The position numbers and the translations under genes are program-made. This document shows positions 7,316 to 16,870 of a stretch of 64,000 bases of DNA, one piece after another; the stretch's first letter is position 1; every line of letters begins with the position of its first letter. Below the pieces are notes generated by a model. That model did no database searches. It was not told where the DNA came from and saw only the letters and a program-made list of their open reading frames with translations. The DNA comes from Fibrobacteria bacterium (lineage in GTDB: Bacteria; Fibrobacterota; Fibrobacteria; UBA11236): assembly GCA_050486505.1 (NCBI GenBank), contig JBJHDK010000001.1, positions 12,674 to 76,673 on the forward strand, written 5' to 3'.

Positions 7316-10300
7316 TCAGGCGCGCAGGGCCGCGTCGAGCTTTGCGGCGAGTTCTTCGTGGGTGAAGGGCTTCCGAACACGGATCCGGTCGGGTCCGAGG
7401 GAGCCGTCCGGAGTTTCGGAACCCGTCATGAACAGGCACCTCGCGCGCGGGCGTGCCGCCAGGAAGCGTTCCGCCAGCGTTTCGCCGCTCATGTCGGGCC
7501 ACTCGGCTTCGGTCATGAGCAGGCCGATTTCGATCGGGTTGTGGCGCGCCACCAGCAGGGCCTCCGCGGGCGATCGCGCGACCAGCAGGGGAAACCCCAG
7601 TTCGCGCAGGATCGCCGATGCCGCTTCGAGGTGCGCGGGATTGTTTTCGACCAGGAGGACCGTCGGATTCTGGCCGGAAGCCGTCCGGGAGGTCGCTTCG
7701 TGCTCCTTCCGCTCGGGACGGTAACGCGGCAACCGGATGCGGAAGGTCGCCCCTTTTCCGGGAGCACTTTCGACTTCGATATGCCCGCCGCTTTGTTTGA
7801 CGATGCCGTGGACGGTGGGAAGACCCAGGCCCGTCCCCTGTCCGAATGGCTTGGTGGTGAAGAAGGGCTCGAAAAGGCGCTCCATGGTTTCGGGCGTCAT
7901 GCCCTCACCGTTGTCGCGAATGGTCAGAACGACATAGTCGCCTGTCGCGAGGCCTGGCGGCGGCGAATGCTGCGCGTCGAGAGTCTCGTTGCGTGTGGTG
8001 ATGGACACTGCGCCCTGTTTCGAGGACCCGATGGCATCGCGTGCGTTGATGCAGATGTTGACGAGAACCTGGTCGGCCTGCACGGGGTCGATGCGCACGG
8101 GCCAGAGCGCCGCGTCCGTTTCGACATGCAGTGCGATCCCTTCGCCGACGAGCCCGCGCAGCATGCCCGCCATGTCGCGGATCTGGGCGTCGAGTTGCAC
8201 CACTTGCGGCTGCGCGGCCTGGCGGCGGGCGTATGTCAGCAACTGGCGCGTCAGGGCAGCGGCCCGGCCGGCGGCGTCGTGGATTTCCCTGAGGCTGGCG
8301 TGAAGTGCGCTGCCGGCCTCGGTTTTGCGCATCGCGATCTCCGACCGCACCGAAATCACGGTCAGCATGTTGTTGAAGTCGTGCGCCACGCCGCCGGCCA
8401 ATTGGCCGATGGCCTCCATTTTCTGCATCTGCCGAAGGGCCGCCTCTTGCACCACCTTGTCCGTGATGTCGAGAATGAACCCTTCCAGGTGGCCGGGAGC
8501 GTCGTTTTTTCCCGCGATGAGATGGCCGCGTTCCCAAACCGTTTTGACCTTGCCGTCCCGGGCGATGATGCGGTATTCCATTTCATAGGGAACCATGGCC
8601 GCGACAGCGTGATGCGTGGCTTCGTGGACATGCGCCCGGTCCTCGGGATGGACGAGTTCGCCGTAGGTGATCACACCCTCCTTGCCGAATTCCGCGGGAG
8701 AGTAGCCGGTCAGTTCGGTGACGCTTTCCGAGACGTAGAGCATCGTCCAGTTCTCGTCGAGCCGGCACCGGTACGCGGTTCCGGGAAGATTGTCGATCAG
8801 TGTGGAAAGGCGCCGCTCGCTTTCGTGCAACGCATCCTGCGCGGCCCTGATGTCGGTGACGTCGCGCATGGTGCCCACGATCCGCTCCACTTCGCCCTTC
8901 TCGTTGAGGATCGAGGTGGAACGATCGAGCACCCAGCGGACGCTTCCGTCGGGATGCAGGACCCGGAACTCGGTCTCGGTGGGAACCCCGGCCATTTCAT
9001 TCCAGTGGGCTGCCATGGCCTTGTCACGGTCGTCGGGATGAATCGACTCGACGTACGACATCGGATTGGCATAGAGGTGCTCCAGCGGCATGCCCCAGAT
9101 GCGTTCGTACCCCTTGCCCGCGAAGAGGATCTGGTTTTCGACCGGATCGTAGTTGTAGAAGATGTCCTGCACGTTCTCGGCCATCTCGCGGAAGCGCTCC
9201 TCGCTGCGGCGTAGCTCTTCTTCGGCACGTTTTTTCCCGGAGATGTCCTCGACAAGGGCGAGGATCCCGATGGATTCGTTGTCACCTCCCTTGAGGGGTG
9301 CGGCGGAAAGACGCATGTCGAAAAGCGTTCCGTCCCTGCGTCGGCGCGTCAGCTCGATGCCCGTAAGCGTTACCCCCCGAAGTACCCGGTCGCGCAGGGC
9401 GATGAACTCCTCGCGTTTGTCGTCGGGAATGAACGGGAGGTTTCTTCCGACGATTTCAGCTGCCGTCCACCCGAAGATTGCGGTCGCCGAGTCGTTCCAC
9501 GACTGCACGCATCCCTCGGGGTCGAGGGTGATCACGCCGAGGGGAAGGCAGTCCACCACGGCGCGCCGGAACTCCTCGTCCTTGCGCCGCGCATACTGCG
9601 TGATGATCAACGACACCAGGTTGGAAACGGAGACGGCGAAACTTTTCTCGGCAGGAGTCCATTTCCTCGGGCTTCCGGTTTGTTCGAAACAAAGCACGCC
9701 CTCGAGCGCGCCTGCGTTGAGAATGGGGGTGTCGAGCATCGACGTGATGCCCAACGGCTTCAGGTAAGACTCGGCGAATTCACGGGTGCGGGCGTCGGTC
9801 AGAGCGTCGTTTGCATCGATCACCCGGCTTTTCTCGAGCGCGAGGAAGTATGAGGGGTACGTCGTGGCTTTCAGCACGTGTCCCGCCGAATGTCGCCTTG
9901 GCCCGCGTTCAAAGAGGTCGCGGCTGACGATGGTGGTCCGACCCTCGTCGTAGTGCCAGATGCTCACGCGTTCCACGCCGAGCGTGTCGGCGACGGTCTC
10001 CGTGATCTTTCGCATCTCGCCTTCCTGATCGGGGGATTGCAACAGCCTCCGTGTCAACAGCGTCAGGGTTTCATGTTGTTGCGCATAGTCGCGGTTTCCT
10101 TCCTGCAGCGCTTCGTTGGCCTCCCGTTGCGCGTTCATCTCCTTTCGGATGCGCCAAAGCGCCCCACGGACGAGCAGGTACACAAGAACCGATGTCGCGG
10201 CGACGAAGAGCAGGCCCTTGAGCGTCTGGATGGAGAGCGGCAGGGCCCAGTTTCCGGCAAGGTCGCCCGCGAGCCAGTCGGACACGATGATCCACAAGGA

Positions 10301-10354
10301 GCCTGTGGCTGCGTACACGAGCGTGACGCGGAGCGGGCTGGTAAAGAATTTCAC
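7316..10354 (-). CDS. Hybrid sensor histidine kinase (TM, GAF, three PAS, HisKA, HATPase, C-terminal receiver-like domain)
   Basis: 1012 aa. H-box AHDFNNML, G-box GTGLGLPTV, PAS-like repeats (RFREMAENVQDIF, RLSTLIDNLPGTAY). The C-terminal REC-like fold ends in KPF. Confidence 0.9.
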   Translation of the reverse strand: MKFFTSPLRVTLVYAATGSLWIIVSDWLAGDLAGNWALPLSIQTLKGLLFVAATSVLVYLLVRGALWRIRKEMNAQREANEALQEGNRDYAQQHETLTLLTRRLLQSPDQEGEMRKITETVADTLGVERVSIWHYDEGRTTIVSRDLFERGPRRHSAGHVLKATTYPSYFLALEKSRVIDANDALTDARTREFAESYLKPLGITSMLDTPILNAGALEGVLCFEQTGSPRKWTPAEKSFAVSVSNLVSLIITQYARRKDEEFRRAVVDCLPLGVITLDPEGCVQSWNDSATAIFGWTAAEIVGRNLPFIPDDKREEFIALRDRVLRGVTLTGIELTRRRRDGTLFDMRLSAAPLKGGDNESIGILALVEDISGKKRAEEELRRSEERFREMAENVQDIFYNYDPVENQILFAGKGYERIWGMPLEHLYANPMSYVESIHPDDRDKAMAAHWNEMAGVPTETEFRVLHPDGSVRWVLDRSTSILNEKGEVERIVGTMRDVTDIRAAQDALHESERRLSTLIDNLPGTAYRCRLDENWTMLYVSESVTELTGYSPAEFGKEGVITYGELVHPEDRAHVHEATHHAVAAMVPYEMEYRIIARDGKVKTVWERGHLIAGKNDAPGHLEGFILDITDKVVQEAALRQMQKMEAIGQLAGGVAHDFNNMLTVISVRSEIAMRKTEAGSALHASLREIHDAAGRAAALTRQLLTYARRQAAQPQVVQLDAQIRDMAGMLRGLVGEGIALHVETDAALWPVRIDPVQADQVLVNICINARDAIGSSKQGAVSITTRNETLDAQHSPPPGLATGDYVVLTIRDNGEGMTPETMERLFEPFFTTKPFGQGTGLGLPTVHGIVKQSGGHIEVESAPGKGATFRIRLPRYRPERKEHEATSRTASGQNPTVLLVENNPAHLEAASAILRELGFPLLVARSPAEALLVARHNPIEIGLLMTEAEWPDMSGETLAERFLAARPRARCLFMTGSETPDGSLGPDRIRVRKPFTHEELAAKLDAALRA

Positions 10355-10375
10355 GATGCGAGCGGCGGTGCCGGG

Positions 10376-11797
10376 CTAGTTCGGTGAAGCGGGACCGGGG
10401 GTGCCCTCAACGTGCTCCCCTCCGGAAGGGGCTTCCCCGGAGTCCCCCCGTTTGCGGGCCTCGATCTCGTTCAGCTTGCGGTAGATGGTGCGCACGCCGA
10501 TGCCGAGTTCCTCCGCGCTCTTCGCGCGATCGCCGTGGTTGCGCTTCAGCACCTGCTGGATGACCTGCAACTCGATGTCCTCGAGCTTCGTCCCGGGGCG
10601 AAACTGCAGGCGCGGGGCCGAATCGTCGCCACCGCAGATTTCCGGCGGCAAAACCTTCGGCGTGATTTCCGGTCCGGTGGTGAGGATCACCGCGCGCTCG
10701 ATGGCGTTCTCAAGTTCGCGGATATTTCCGGGCCACGAATAGCCCTCCAGCAATTGCAGGGCCTCGGGGCTGAGGGCCAGGGGTTGCTTCCGGTTTTTTT
10801 TGCAGTACTTCGCGATGAAGTACGAGACGTACATCGTGAGGTCTTCCATGCGGTCGCGCAGCGGGGGAAGCAGCAGGGGAATGACATTCAGGCGATAGAA
10901 CAGGTCTTCACGGAATTGTCCCGAGGCGACCATCTTGCGCAGGTCGCGGTTGGTGGCCGCAATGACGCGGACATCGACCTTTTCGGGGGATCCGCCCACC
11001 GGCGTGACCTCGCCCTCCTGGAGCACGCGCAGCATCTTGGCCTGCAGTGCGAGGGGAAGCTCGCCGATTTCGTCGAGGAAGATCGTCCCGGAGTGGGCTT
11101 CCTGGAAGCGCCCGCGTTTGTCCTGGTAGGCGCCCGTGAAGGCGCCGCGCTTGTGCCCGAAGAGTTCCGACTCGATCAGGTTTTCGGGAATGGCGGCGCA
11201 GTTCACCGTCACCAGCGGCTTGTCGGCGCGCTTCGAGTAGGCGGCGATGTAGTGCGCCAGCACTTCCTTTCCGGTGCCGGATTCCCCGAGAATGAGAATG
11301 GTGGCCTCGCTGCCGGCCGCCAGGGACGAAGATTCCAGCAGTTCGCGGAAGGCGGGGCTTTTGCCATCGGTGAAGGCGGGGATTCGCGCCTTTTGAAGCG
11401 ATTTTTTCAGCTTGAAGTTTTCGGTGAGCAGGCTGGTCTTTTCGAAAGCGCGGCGCACCACGGCCTCGATCACGGGCATGTTGAAGGGTTTCGAGATGAA
11501 GTCGTAAGCTCCGTAGCGCATCGCGGAAACCGCATCCTCGACCGATCCGTATCCGGTGATGAGAATGACCTGGATGTCGGGGTTGATGGCTTTGATCCTT
11601 TGAAGCACTTCGAGGCCGTCGAGGCCGGGCATTTTCAGGTCGGTGATGACGACTTCGGGAAGCTGTTTGCGGACGATGTCAATGGCCGCGTGGGGGTCGC
11701 TGCACTTGATGGGCGCGTAGTCGAGTTCCTCCAACAGGGCGGCCAGGGATTCGAGGACGCTGGTATCGTCGTCAAGGATCAGGAGTTCTTTTTTCAT
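10376..11797 (-). CDS. Sigma-54-dependent response regulator (NtrC family: REC + AAA+ + Fis-type HTH)
   Basis: [17 protein letters not shown] receiver, Walker [15 protein letters not shown] loop ([15 protein letters not shown]), C-terminal [18 protein letters not shown]. Confidence 0.9.
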   Translation of the reverse strand: MKKELLILDDDTSVLESLAALLEELDYAPIKCSDPHAAIDIVRKQLPEVVITDLKMPGLDGLEVLQRIKAINPDIQVILITGYGSVEDAVSAMRYGAYDFISKPFNMPVIEAVVRRAFEKTSLLTENFKLKKSLQKARIPAFTDGKSPAFRELLESSSLAAGSEATILILGESGTGKEVLAHYIAAYSKRADKPLVTVNCAAIPENLIESELFGHKRGAFTGAYQDKRGRFQEAHSGTIFLDEIGELPLALQAKMLRVLQEGEVTPVGGSPEKVDVRVIAATNRDLRKMVASGQFREDLFYRLNVIPLLLPPLRDRMEDLTMYVSYFIAKYCKKNRKQPLALSPEALQLLEGYSWPGNIRELENAIERAVILTTGPEITPKVLPPEICGGDDSAPRLQFRPGTKLEDIELQVIQQVLKRNHGDRAKSAEELGIGVRTIYRKLNEIEARKRGDSGEAPSGGEHVEGTPGPASPN

Positions 11798-11992
11798 GCA
11801 ATCGTTGGATTCGGGAGGTCGTGATGTGGCCGAATGATAACAGCCGGGCCCCCTGTTTCAATCCGGGACACAAGATTTTATGTGTCCGTCGTCATTATGC
11901 ATGGTAAGTTAACCCGAGGATTTTCCTTTTGCTTGATCTTTCGCGCCCGATCGACCCGCTCCTTCCAGAAGGTTGCAATCCACGGACACCTT

Positions 11993-14401
11993 ATGCATTT
12001 CACGCTTGATTTTTCCGAAATCGGAATGGATCGCCTCCCCGAAGTCGGGGGCAAAAACGCTTCCCTTGGGGAAATGTTCAATCGACTGCGCGACGACGGC
12101 ATCGCGGTGCCCGACGGCTTCGCGGTGACTGCGGCGGCGTATCGGCTCTTCCTGCAGGAGAACGGGGTCGTCCCCCGCCTCGAATCCCTTCTGGCCACTC
12201 TCGACCTCGCGGAGTTCTCGAACCTCGAGGCGGTGGCGCGCGAGGCGCGCGAGCTCGTCACCGGCGGCGAAATGCCCGCGGCCATCGTCGCGGCGGTGAA
12301 GGAGGCGCATGCCTCGCTCATGGGGCGCTGCCCTCCCGGAACCACCCTGGCCGTGCGGAGCAGCGCCACCGCCGAGGACCTGCCCGGCGCGAGCTTCGCC
12401 GGCCAGATGGAGACCTTTCTCAACATCGCCGGCGACGACGCGCTGCTTGCCGCTTGCCACAGGTGCTTCGCGTCCCTCTTCACGGCCCGGGCGATCAAGT
12501 ACCGGGTCGACAACGGGTTCGATCACATGCAGGTGGCGGTGTCCGTCTGCGTGCAGCGGATGGTACGCAGCGACCTTGCCTCTTCCGGTGTCGGGTTCAC
12601 CATCGACCCCGACACGGGAAACTCCAATGTCGTGTTACTGACCGGGGCGTTCGGACTCGGCGAAAACGTGGTGCAGGGCGCGGTCGGCCCCGACCAGTTC
12701 ACCGTGTTCAAGCACGGGCTGCGCGAGGGGCTCGACCCCGTCATCGCGCGCCAGGTCGGGCCGAAGGAAAAGACGATGGTCTATGCGGCCGCCGATGCGC
12801 CGGGCGGGGAAACCACGCTGAACGTCGATACACCCGCCGAAAAGCGGAAGGCCCTTACGCTATCCGATGCGGAGGTCCTGCAACTGGCCCGGTGGTGCGT
12901 CCGCATCGAGGAACACTACGGGCAGCCGATGGACATCGAGTGGGCGAAGGACGGGCAGACCGGGGAGCTTTTCATCGTGCAGGCGCGCCCCGAAACCGTG
13001 CATGCGGGTCCGCGCGCGGGGGCCTCGCGCAAGTCCTACGCCATCGGGGAGCGCGGCGAGGTCCTGGCCCGGGGCACGGCCGTCGGCAACGCCATCGCCT
13101 CCGGGCGCGCGCGGCGCATCGATTCGCCCGCCGATTCGGGGCGGCTGCAACACGGTGAGGTGCTGGTCACCGGCATCACCAATCCCGACTGGGACCCGAT
13201 CATGAAAAAGGCCGCGGCCATCGTCACCGACAAGGGCGGTCGCACCAGCCATGCCGCCATCGTGGCGCGCGAGCTCGGCCTCACCGCCCTGGTCGGCACG
13301 GGCACCGGTACCTCGTCCATTCCCGATGGCGCCGAGGTCACGGTTTCGTGCGCCGAGGGCGACACGGGGTACGTGTATGCGGGCAAGGTTCCTTTCACCG
13401 TCACGGAGCACGGCCCCGGAGACTGGCCCCGGCCTCGGACCCCGGCCATGCTCATCCTCGGGGAACCCGATGCGGCGTTCCGCATGGCCGCGCTTCCCTG
13501 CGACGGCGTCGGGTTGATGCGCCTCGAGTTCGTCATCAACAATGCGATTCGCGTCCACCCCGTGGCCCTGGCGAAGTGGGATGAAGTGAAGGAAGGCCCG
13601 GCCAAGGAGGAAATCCGGACCCTGACGGAGGGATGGGACGACAAGCCCGCGTACTTCGTGGACAAACTCGCCGAGGCGGTGGGAACCATCGCGGCGGCCT
13701 TCTGGCCGCGCGAGGTGATCGTCCGCATGAGCGACTTCAAGTCGAACGAGTACGCGGGCCTGCTGGGCGGCTCCCAGTTCGAGCCGGACGAAGAAAACCC
13801 CATGCTCGGCTTTCGCGGCGCCTCGCGCTACTACCACCCCCTCTATCGCGACGGCTTCCGCCTCGAGTGCCTGGCCATGCGCAAGGTGCGCGATGTCATG
13901 GGGCTGACCAACGTGAAGCTGATGATCCCCTTCTGCCGCACGGTCGAGGAGGCGGAAAAGGTGGAGGCCGAAATGGTCGCCAACGGGCTGCGTCGGGGCG
14001 AGAACGGCCTCGAGCTTTACGTGATGGTCGAGATCCCCAGCAACGTCCTGTTGCTGGAGGAGTTCGCGAAGCACTTCGACGGGTTCTCCATCGGCTCCAA
14101 CGACCTTACCCAGCTCACGCTCGGGCTCGATCGCGACTCCGAGCTTGTCAGTCCTTTGTTCAGCGAGAAAAATCCCGCCGTGCAGGAGTTGATCGCGCGC
14201 GCAGTGGGTTCCGCGCGCAAGGCCGGGCGGCGCATCGGGCTGTGCGGGCAAGCGCCCAGCGATCATCCCGATTTCGCGCAATTCCTGGTCGCGCAGGGCA
14301 TCAGCAGCATTTCGTTCACACCCGACGCGCTGCACCAGGGCATGAAGAACATGGCGCAGGCGGAAGCCGTGTTCCGGAAACACGAAGGGAGCGAAGCATG
14401 A
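11993..14401 (+). CDS. ppsA: Phosphoenolpyruvate synthase
   Basis: The start MHFTLDFSEIGMDRLPEVGGKNASLGEM matches the PpsA N-terminus. Phosphohistidine swivel GGRTSHAAIVAREL and a C-terminal PEP-utilising TIM barrel. The ORF-track start at 11834 was trimmed. Confidence 0.9.
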   Translation: MHFTLDFSEIGMDRLPEVGGKNASLGEMFNRLRDDGIAVPDGFAVTAAAYRLFLQENGVVPRLESLLATLDLAEFSNLEAVAREARELVTGGEMPAAIVAAVKEAHASLMGRCPPGTTLAVRSSATAEDLPGASFAGQMETFLNIAGDDALLAACHRCFASLFTARAIKYRVDNGFDHMQVAVSVCVQRMVRSDLASSGVGFTIDPDTGNSNVVLLTGAFGLGENVVQGAVGPDQFTVFKHGLREGLDPVIARQVGPKEKTMVYAAADAPGGETTLNVDTPAEKRKALTLSDAEVLQLARWCVRIEEHYGQPMDIEWAKDGQTGELFIVQARPETVHAGPRAGASRKSYAIGERGEVLARGTAVGNAIASGRARRIDSPADSGRLQHGEVLVTGITNPDWDPIMKKAAAIVTDKGGRTSHAAIVARELGLTALVGTGTGTSSIPDGAEVTVSCAEGDTGYVYAGKVPFTVTEHGPGDWPRPRTPAMLILGEPDAAFRMAALPCDGVGLMRLEFVINNAIRVHPVALAKWDEVKEGPAKEEIRTLTEGWDDKPAYFVDKLAEAVGTIAAAFWPREVIVRMSDFKSNEYAGLLGGSQFEPDEENPMLGFRGASRYYHPLYRDGFRLECLAMRKVRDVMGLTNVKLMIPFCRTVEEAEKVEAEMVANGLRRGENGLELYVMVEIPSNVLLLEEFAKHFDGFSIGSNDLTQLTLGLDRDSELVSPLFSEKNPAVQELIARAVGSARKAGRRIGLCGQAPSDHPDFAQFLVAQGISSISFTPDALHQGMKNMAQAEAVFRKHEGSEA

Positions 14402-15174
14402 CGGCATCGAACGGCAACAACGAATTCGCGGGCAAGGTCGCGCTGGTCACCGGCGCGGCTTCGGGAATCGGGCGGGCCACGGCCCTGGCTTTTTCCGCCG
14501 CAGGCGCGAGTGTGCTCGTCTCGGATGTGCAGGAGGAAGCCGGGGAGCAAACCGTCGGGCTCATCCGCGCAGCGGGCGGTCGTGCGAAATTCGTGCGCTG
14601 CGACGTCTCGCACGAGGACGAGGTCGAGGCGATGGTCGAGCGATGCATCGAGTCATTCGGGCGCCTCGACTTCGCCTGCAACAACGCGGGGATCGAGGGG
14701 GCCTCCTCCGCCGTCACCGATCTTTCGGGGGAGGAGTGGAACCGCATCCTCGCCGTGAACCTGACGGGAACCTGGTACTGCATGCGGCACGAGTTGCCGG
14801 TGATGCTGCGGCAGGGGGGCGGGTCGGTCGTCAACGTCGCGTCCATCGCCGGTGTCGTGGGCTTTCCCAACGCATCGGCATACGTGGCGAGCAAGCACGG
14901 GGTGGTCGGGTTGACGCGGTCCGCCGCGCTTGAATACGCGCGGCAGGGGATCCGGATCAATGTCGTGTGCCCCGGGGTGATCGAAACCCCCATGATCACA
15001 CGTGCGACCGGGGGCGATGCCACTGCGGCCGCACAGTTCGCCCAAGGCGCCCCGGCGGGGCGGATGGGACAACCGGAGGAGATCGCCTCCGCCGTGCTAT
15101 GGCTGTGCTCCGCCGGGGCGGGATACACCATCGGGCACCCCCTCGTCGTCGATGGCGGCTGGACCGTGCAGTAG
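14398..15174 (+). CDS. SDR-family oxidoreductase
   Basis: ATGA overlap with the ppsA stop. TGAASGIGRA cofactor motif, NNAG, YVASKHG catalytic motif. The upstream part of the 513-aa ORF-track ORF is out of frame inside ppsA. Confidence 0.85.
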   Translation: MTASNGNNEFAGKVALVTGAASGIGRATALAFSAAGASVLVSDVQEEAGEQTVGLIRAAGGRAKFVRCDVSHEDEVEAMVERCIESFGRLDFACNNAGIEGASSAVTDLSGEEWNRILAVNLTGTWYCMRHELPVMLRQGGGSVVNVASIAGVVGFPNASAYVASKHGVVGLTRSAALEYARQGIRINVVCPGVIETPMITRATGGDATAAAQFAQGAPAGRMGQPEEIASAVLWLCSAGAGYTIGHPLVVDGGWTVQ

Positions 15175-15208
15175 CGTTATTTTCCCCGCGTTTTCTTCGA
15201 TTTTTCCT

Positions 15209-15222
15209 GGCAGTCGACTGCC
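15209..15222. promoter_or_regulatory. Perfect 14-bp palindrome GGCAGTCGACTGCC, candidate enhancer-binding-protein site
   Basis: Read directly. It lies about 100 nt upstream of the -24/-12 element at 15316. A second dyad using the same half-sites follows at 15239-15253. Confidence 0.3.
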
Positions 15223-15238
15223 GGAATGACCTTGAAGG

Positions 15239-15262
15239 CTGCCGTTTCGGCAGTCTTTATTC
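15239..15262 (+). terminator. Hairpin CTGCCG-TTT-CGGCAG followed by TCTTTATT, likely terminator of the ppsA-SDR unit
   Basis: 6-bp GC stem, 3-nt loop and a U-rich tail about 65 nt after the SDR stop. Confidence 0.45.
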
Positions 15263-15315
15263 GTTGATTCCAGTAAAAAAGTCGAAAATTCTCTCAAAAA
15301 TCGATCATAATGATG

Positions 15316-15331
15316 TGGCACGCGCCTCGCA
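15316..15331 (+). promoter_or_regulatory. Sigma-54 (-24/-12) promoter candidate
   Basis: TGGCACGcgccTCGCA versus consensus TGGCACG-N4-TTGCW. GG and GC spacing is exact, with one mismatch in the -12 TT. It sits about 50 nt upstream of the protease start. Confidence 0.6.
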
Positions 15332-15382
15332 TTCCTCCCCTGCAGGTGGGATGTCCCACCACCAAGACCCGGGGGTGGAGCC

Positions 15383-16648
15383 ATGCGTGCCGCGATCAAT
15401 ACAACAGCAGCGAAGGGACGCGGGAAGGCCATCACCGCGATGTTGGGGTTGGGAACCGCTGTGCTCATGGTCGCGGGATGCAACCTCTCCCATGAAATCT
15501 CTCCTGTCGGCCCCGACACCCGTGAGTTGATTGCAGGACCCGCCAGCCCTGGCGGCATGATGGATCTCCGGACCCAAAACAGGGCTGTGTCGGTTCAGAA
15601 CCGGCACGGAGCGAATCTCTTCTCGGTGCGCGGGGTGGTTGGGACGGGCGTGAGCCAGGATGAAGCCGGAAACCCCGTGATCATGGTCTACACCGAGGAG
15701 CCGGGGGTTCAGGGGATTCCCGAAGCCTTGGAAGGACTGCCGGTCCGCACGGAAGTGATCGGCAAGATCATCTCCCTCGACGGCAATGCCAACGGCAAAA
15801 GCCCGGGCAAGGGGCAGGGGAACAACAACGCCGGCGGCGTCGGCATCGGGAACAATCCGGGCGCCGTCACGGATCGTGCGACTCAGCGTTTTCCCAATGA
15901 TGGAGTATCCCCCGACGCTTGCGCCGACATCGACCGCACGGCCCGCTTTTCCCGCGCGGTTCCCGTCGGGGTTTCGGCCGGCATCTCGGGGTTTAGCGGC
16001 GGCACTTACGGGGCACGCGTGAAGGACGCGGCCGGCAACCTCTACATGCTCAGCAACAACCACGTGTTCGCGGGGCGCAACAGCGCGCCCATCGGACGGG
16101 AGGCCGTGCAGCCGCGTCCCCAGGACGGCGGGCGGGCGCCGACCGATGCCGTGGGGCAGTTGGCCGACTTCGAACCGCTGCGTTTCTGCAACCTCGGGGG
16201 AGAGTACGGGGACGACGCCTCCAGCTGCCCGGTGAACGTGATCGACGCGGCCATCGTGTCCACGACCGAGGAGTTGGCGGGGCGCTCGACGCCGTGCGAA
16301 GGATACGGAACCCCGAAGGCAGCCGCGGTGGAGCCGCGGGTCGGGATGCAGGTGATGAAGTACGGGCGCACGACGGGGCTGACCACGGGTCGCATCCGCG
16401 CGGTCAACGTCACGGTGCACGTCAACTTCGGATCGCTCGGAAACGGTGCGTACCGGATCGGGATTTTCTCGGGCCAGATCCAGATCTCCCAGGAAGGTTT
16501 CTCGAGCAGCGGTGATTCGGGTTCGCTGCTGGTCACGCAGGACGGCAATCCCGTGGGCCTGATCTTCGCCGGGAGTAGCACGGCGTCCTTCGCGAATCCG
16601 ATCTTCCCCGTGCTCGAACGTTTCGGCGTCACGGTCGACGGGGAATAA
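15383..16648 (+). CDS. Lipoprotein, chymotrypsin-fold (S1, alpha-lytic-like) serine protease
   Basis: Lipobox LMVAGC. Triad candidates are SNNHVF (His), VIDAAIV (Asp) and SGDSGSLL (Ser). Confidence 0.7.
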   Translation: MRAAINTTAAKGRGKAITAMLGLGTAVLMVAGCNLSHEISPVGPDTRELIAGPASPGGMMDLRTQNRAVSVQNRHGANLFSVRGVVGTGVSQDEAGNPVIMVYTEEPGVQGIPEALEGLPVRTEVIGKIISLDGNANGKSPGKGQGNNNAGGVGIGNNPGAVTDRATQRFPNDGVSPDACADIDRTARFSRAVPVGVSAGISGFSGGTYGARVKDAAGNLYMLSNNHVFAGRNSAPIGREAVQPRPQDGGRAPTDAVGQLADFEPLRFCNLGGEYGDDASSCPVNVIDAAIVSTTEELAGRSTPCEGYGTPKAAAVEPRVGMQVMKYGRTTGLTTGRIRAVNVTVHVNFGSLGNGAYRIGIFSGQIQISQEGFSSSGDSGSLLVTQDGNPVGLIFAGSSTASFANPIFPVLERFGVTVDGE

Positions 16649-16870
16649 CCTCCGTCGCCCCTTGCGGAGGGACCGTCCGGGAAGGAGTCCCCCCGTGACC
16701 TCCCTCCAGCGCCTCCTCTAACTCATTGATATATCGCGAGATTCCGGGGGGGTACATTCTTGCCTCCCTTTTTTGCGGGCTGGACTTAATTTTCCCCGGA
16801 ACCGGCGCTTTGCCGGAACGGGCCGCCTGCATGGAACCACGGTCCCGCCCACGGTTTTGCAAGGAATTCG

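Noticed and set aside
11930-11950. Sigma-54-like string AGGATTTTCCTTTTGCT upstream of ppsA
   Set aside because: The GG-to-GC spacing is 11 rather than 10.
13633-14397. N-terminal 255 codons of the 513-aa ORF 13633..15174
   Set aside because: This part is out of frame inside ppsA and Arg/Gly-rich. The SDR protein starts at ATG 14398, where the Rossmann motif follows immediately.
16649-16671. Hairpin cctccg..cggagg after the protease gene as a terminator
   Set aside because: It has a short stem, a 10-nt loop and no U-tract, so the evidence is not enough to annotate it.
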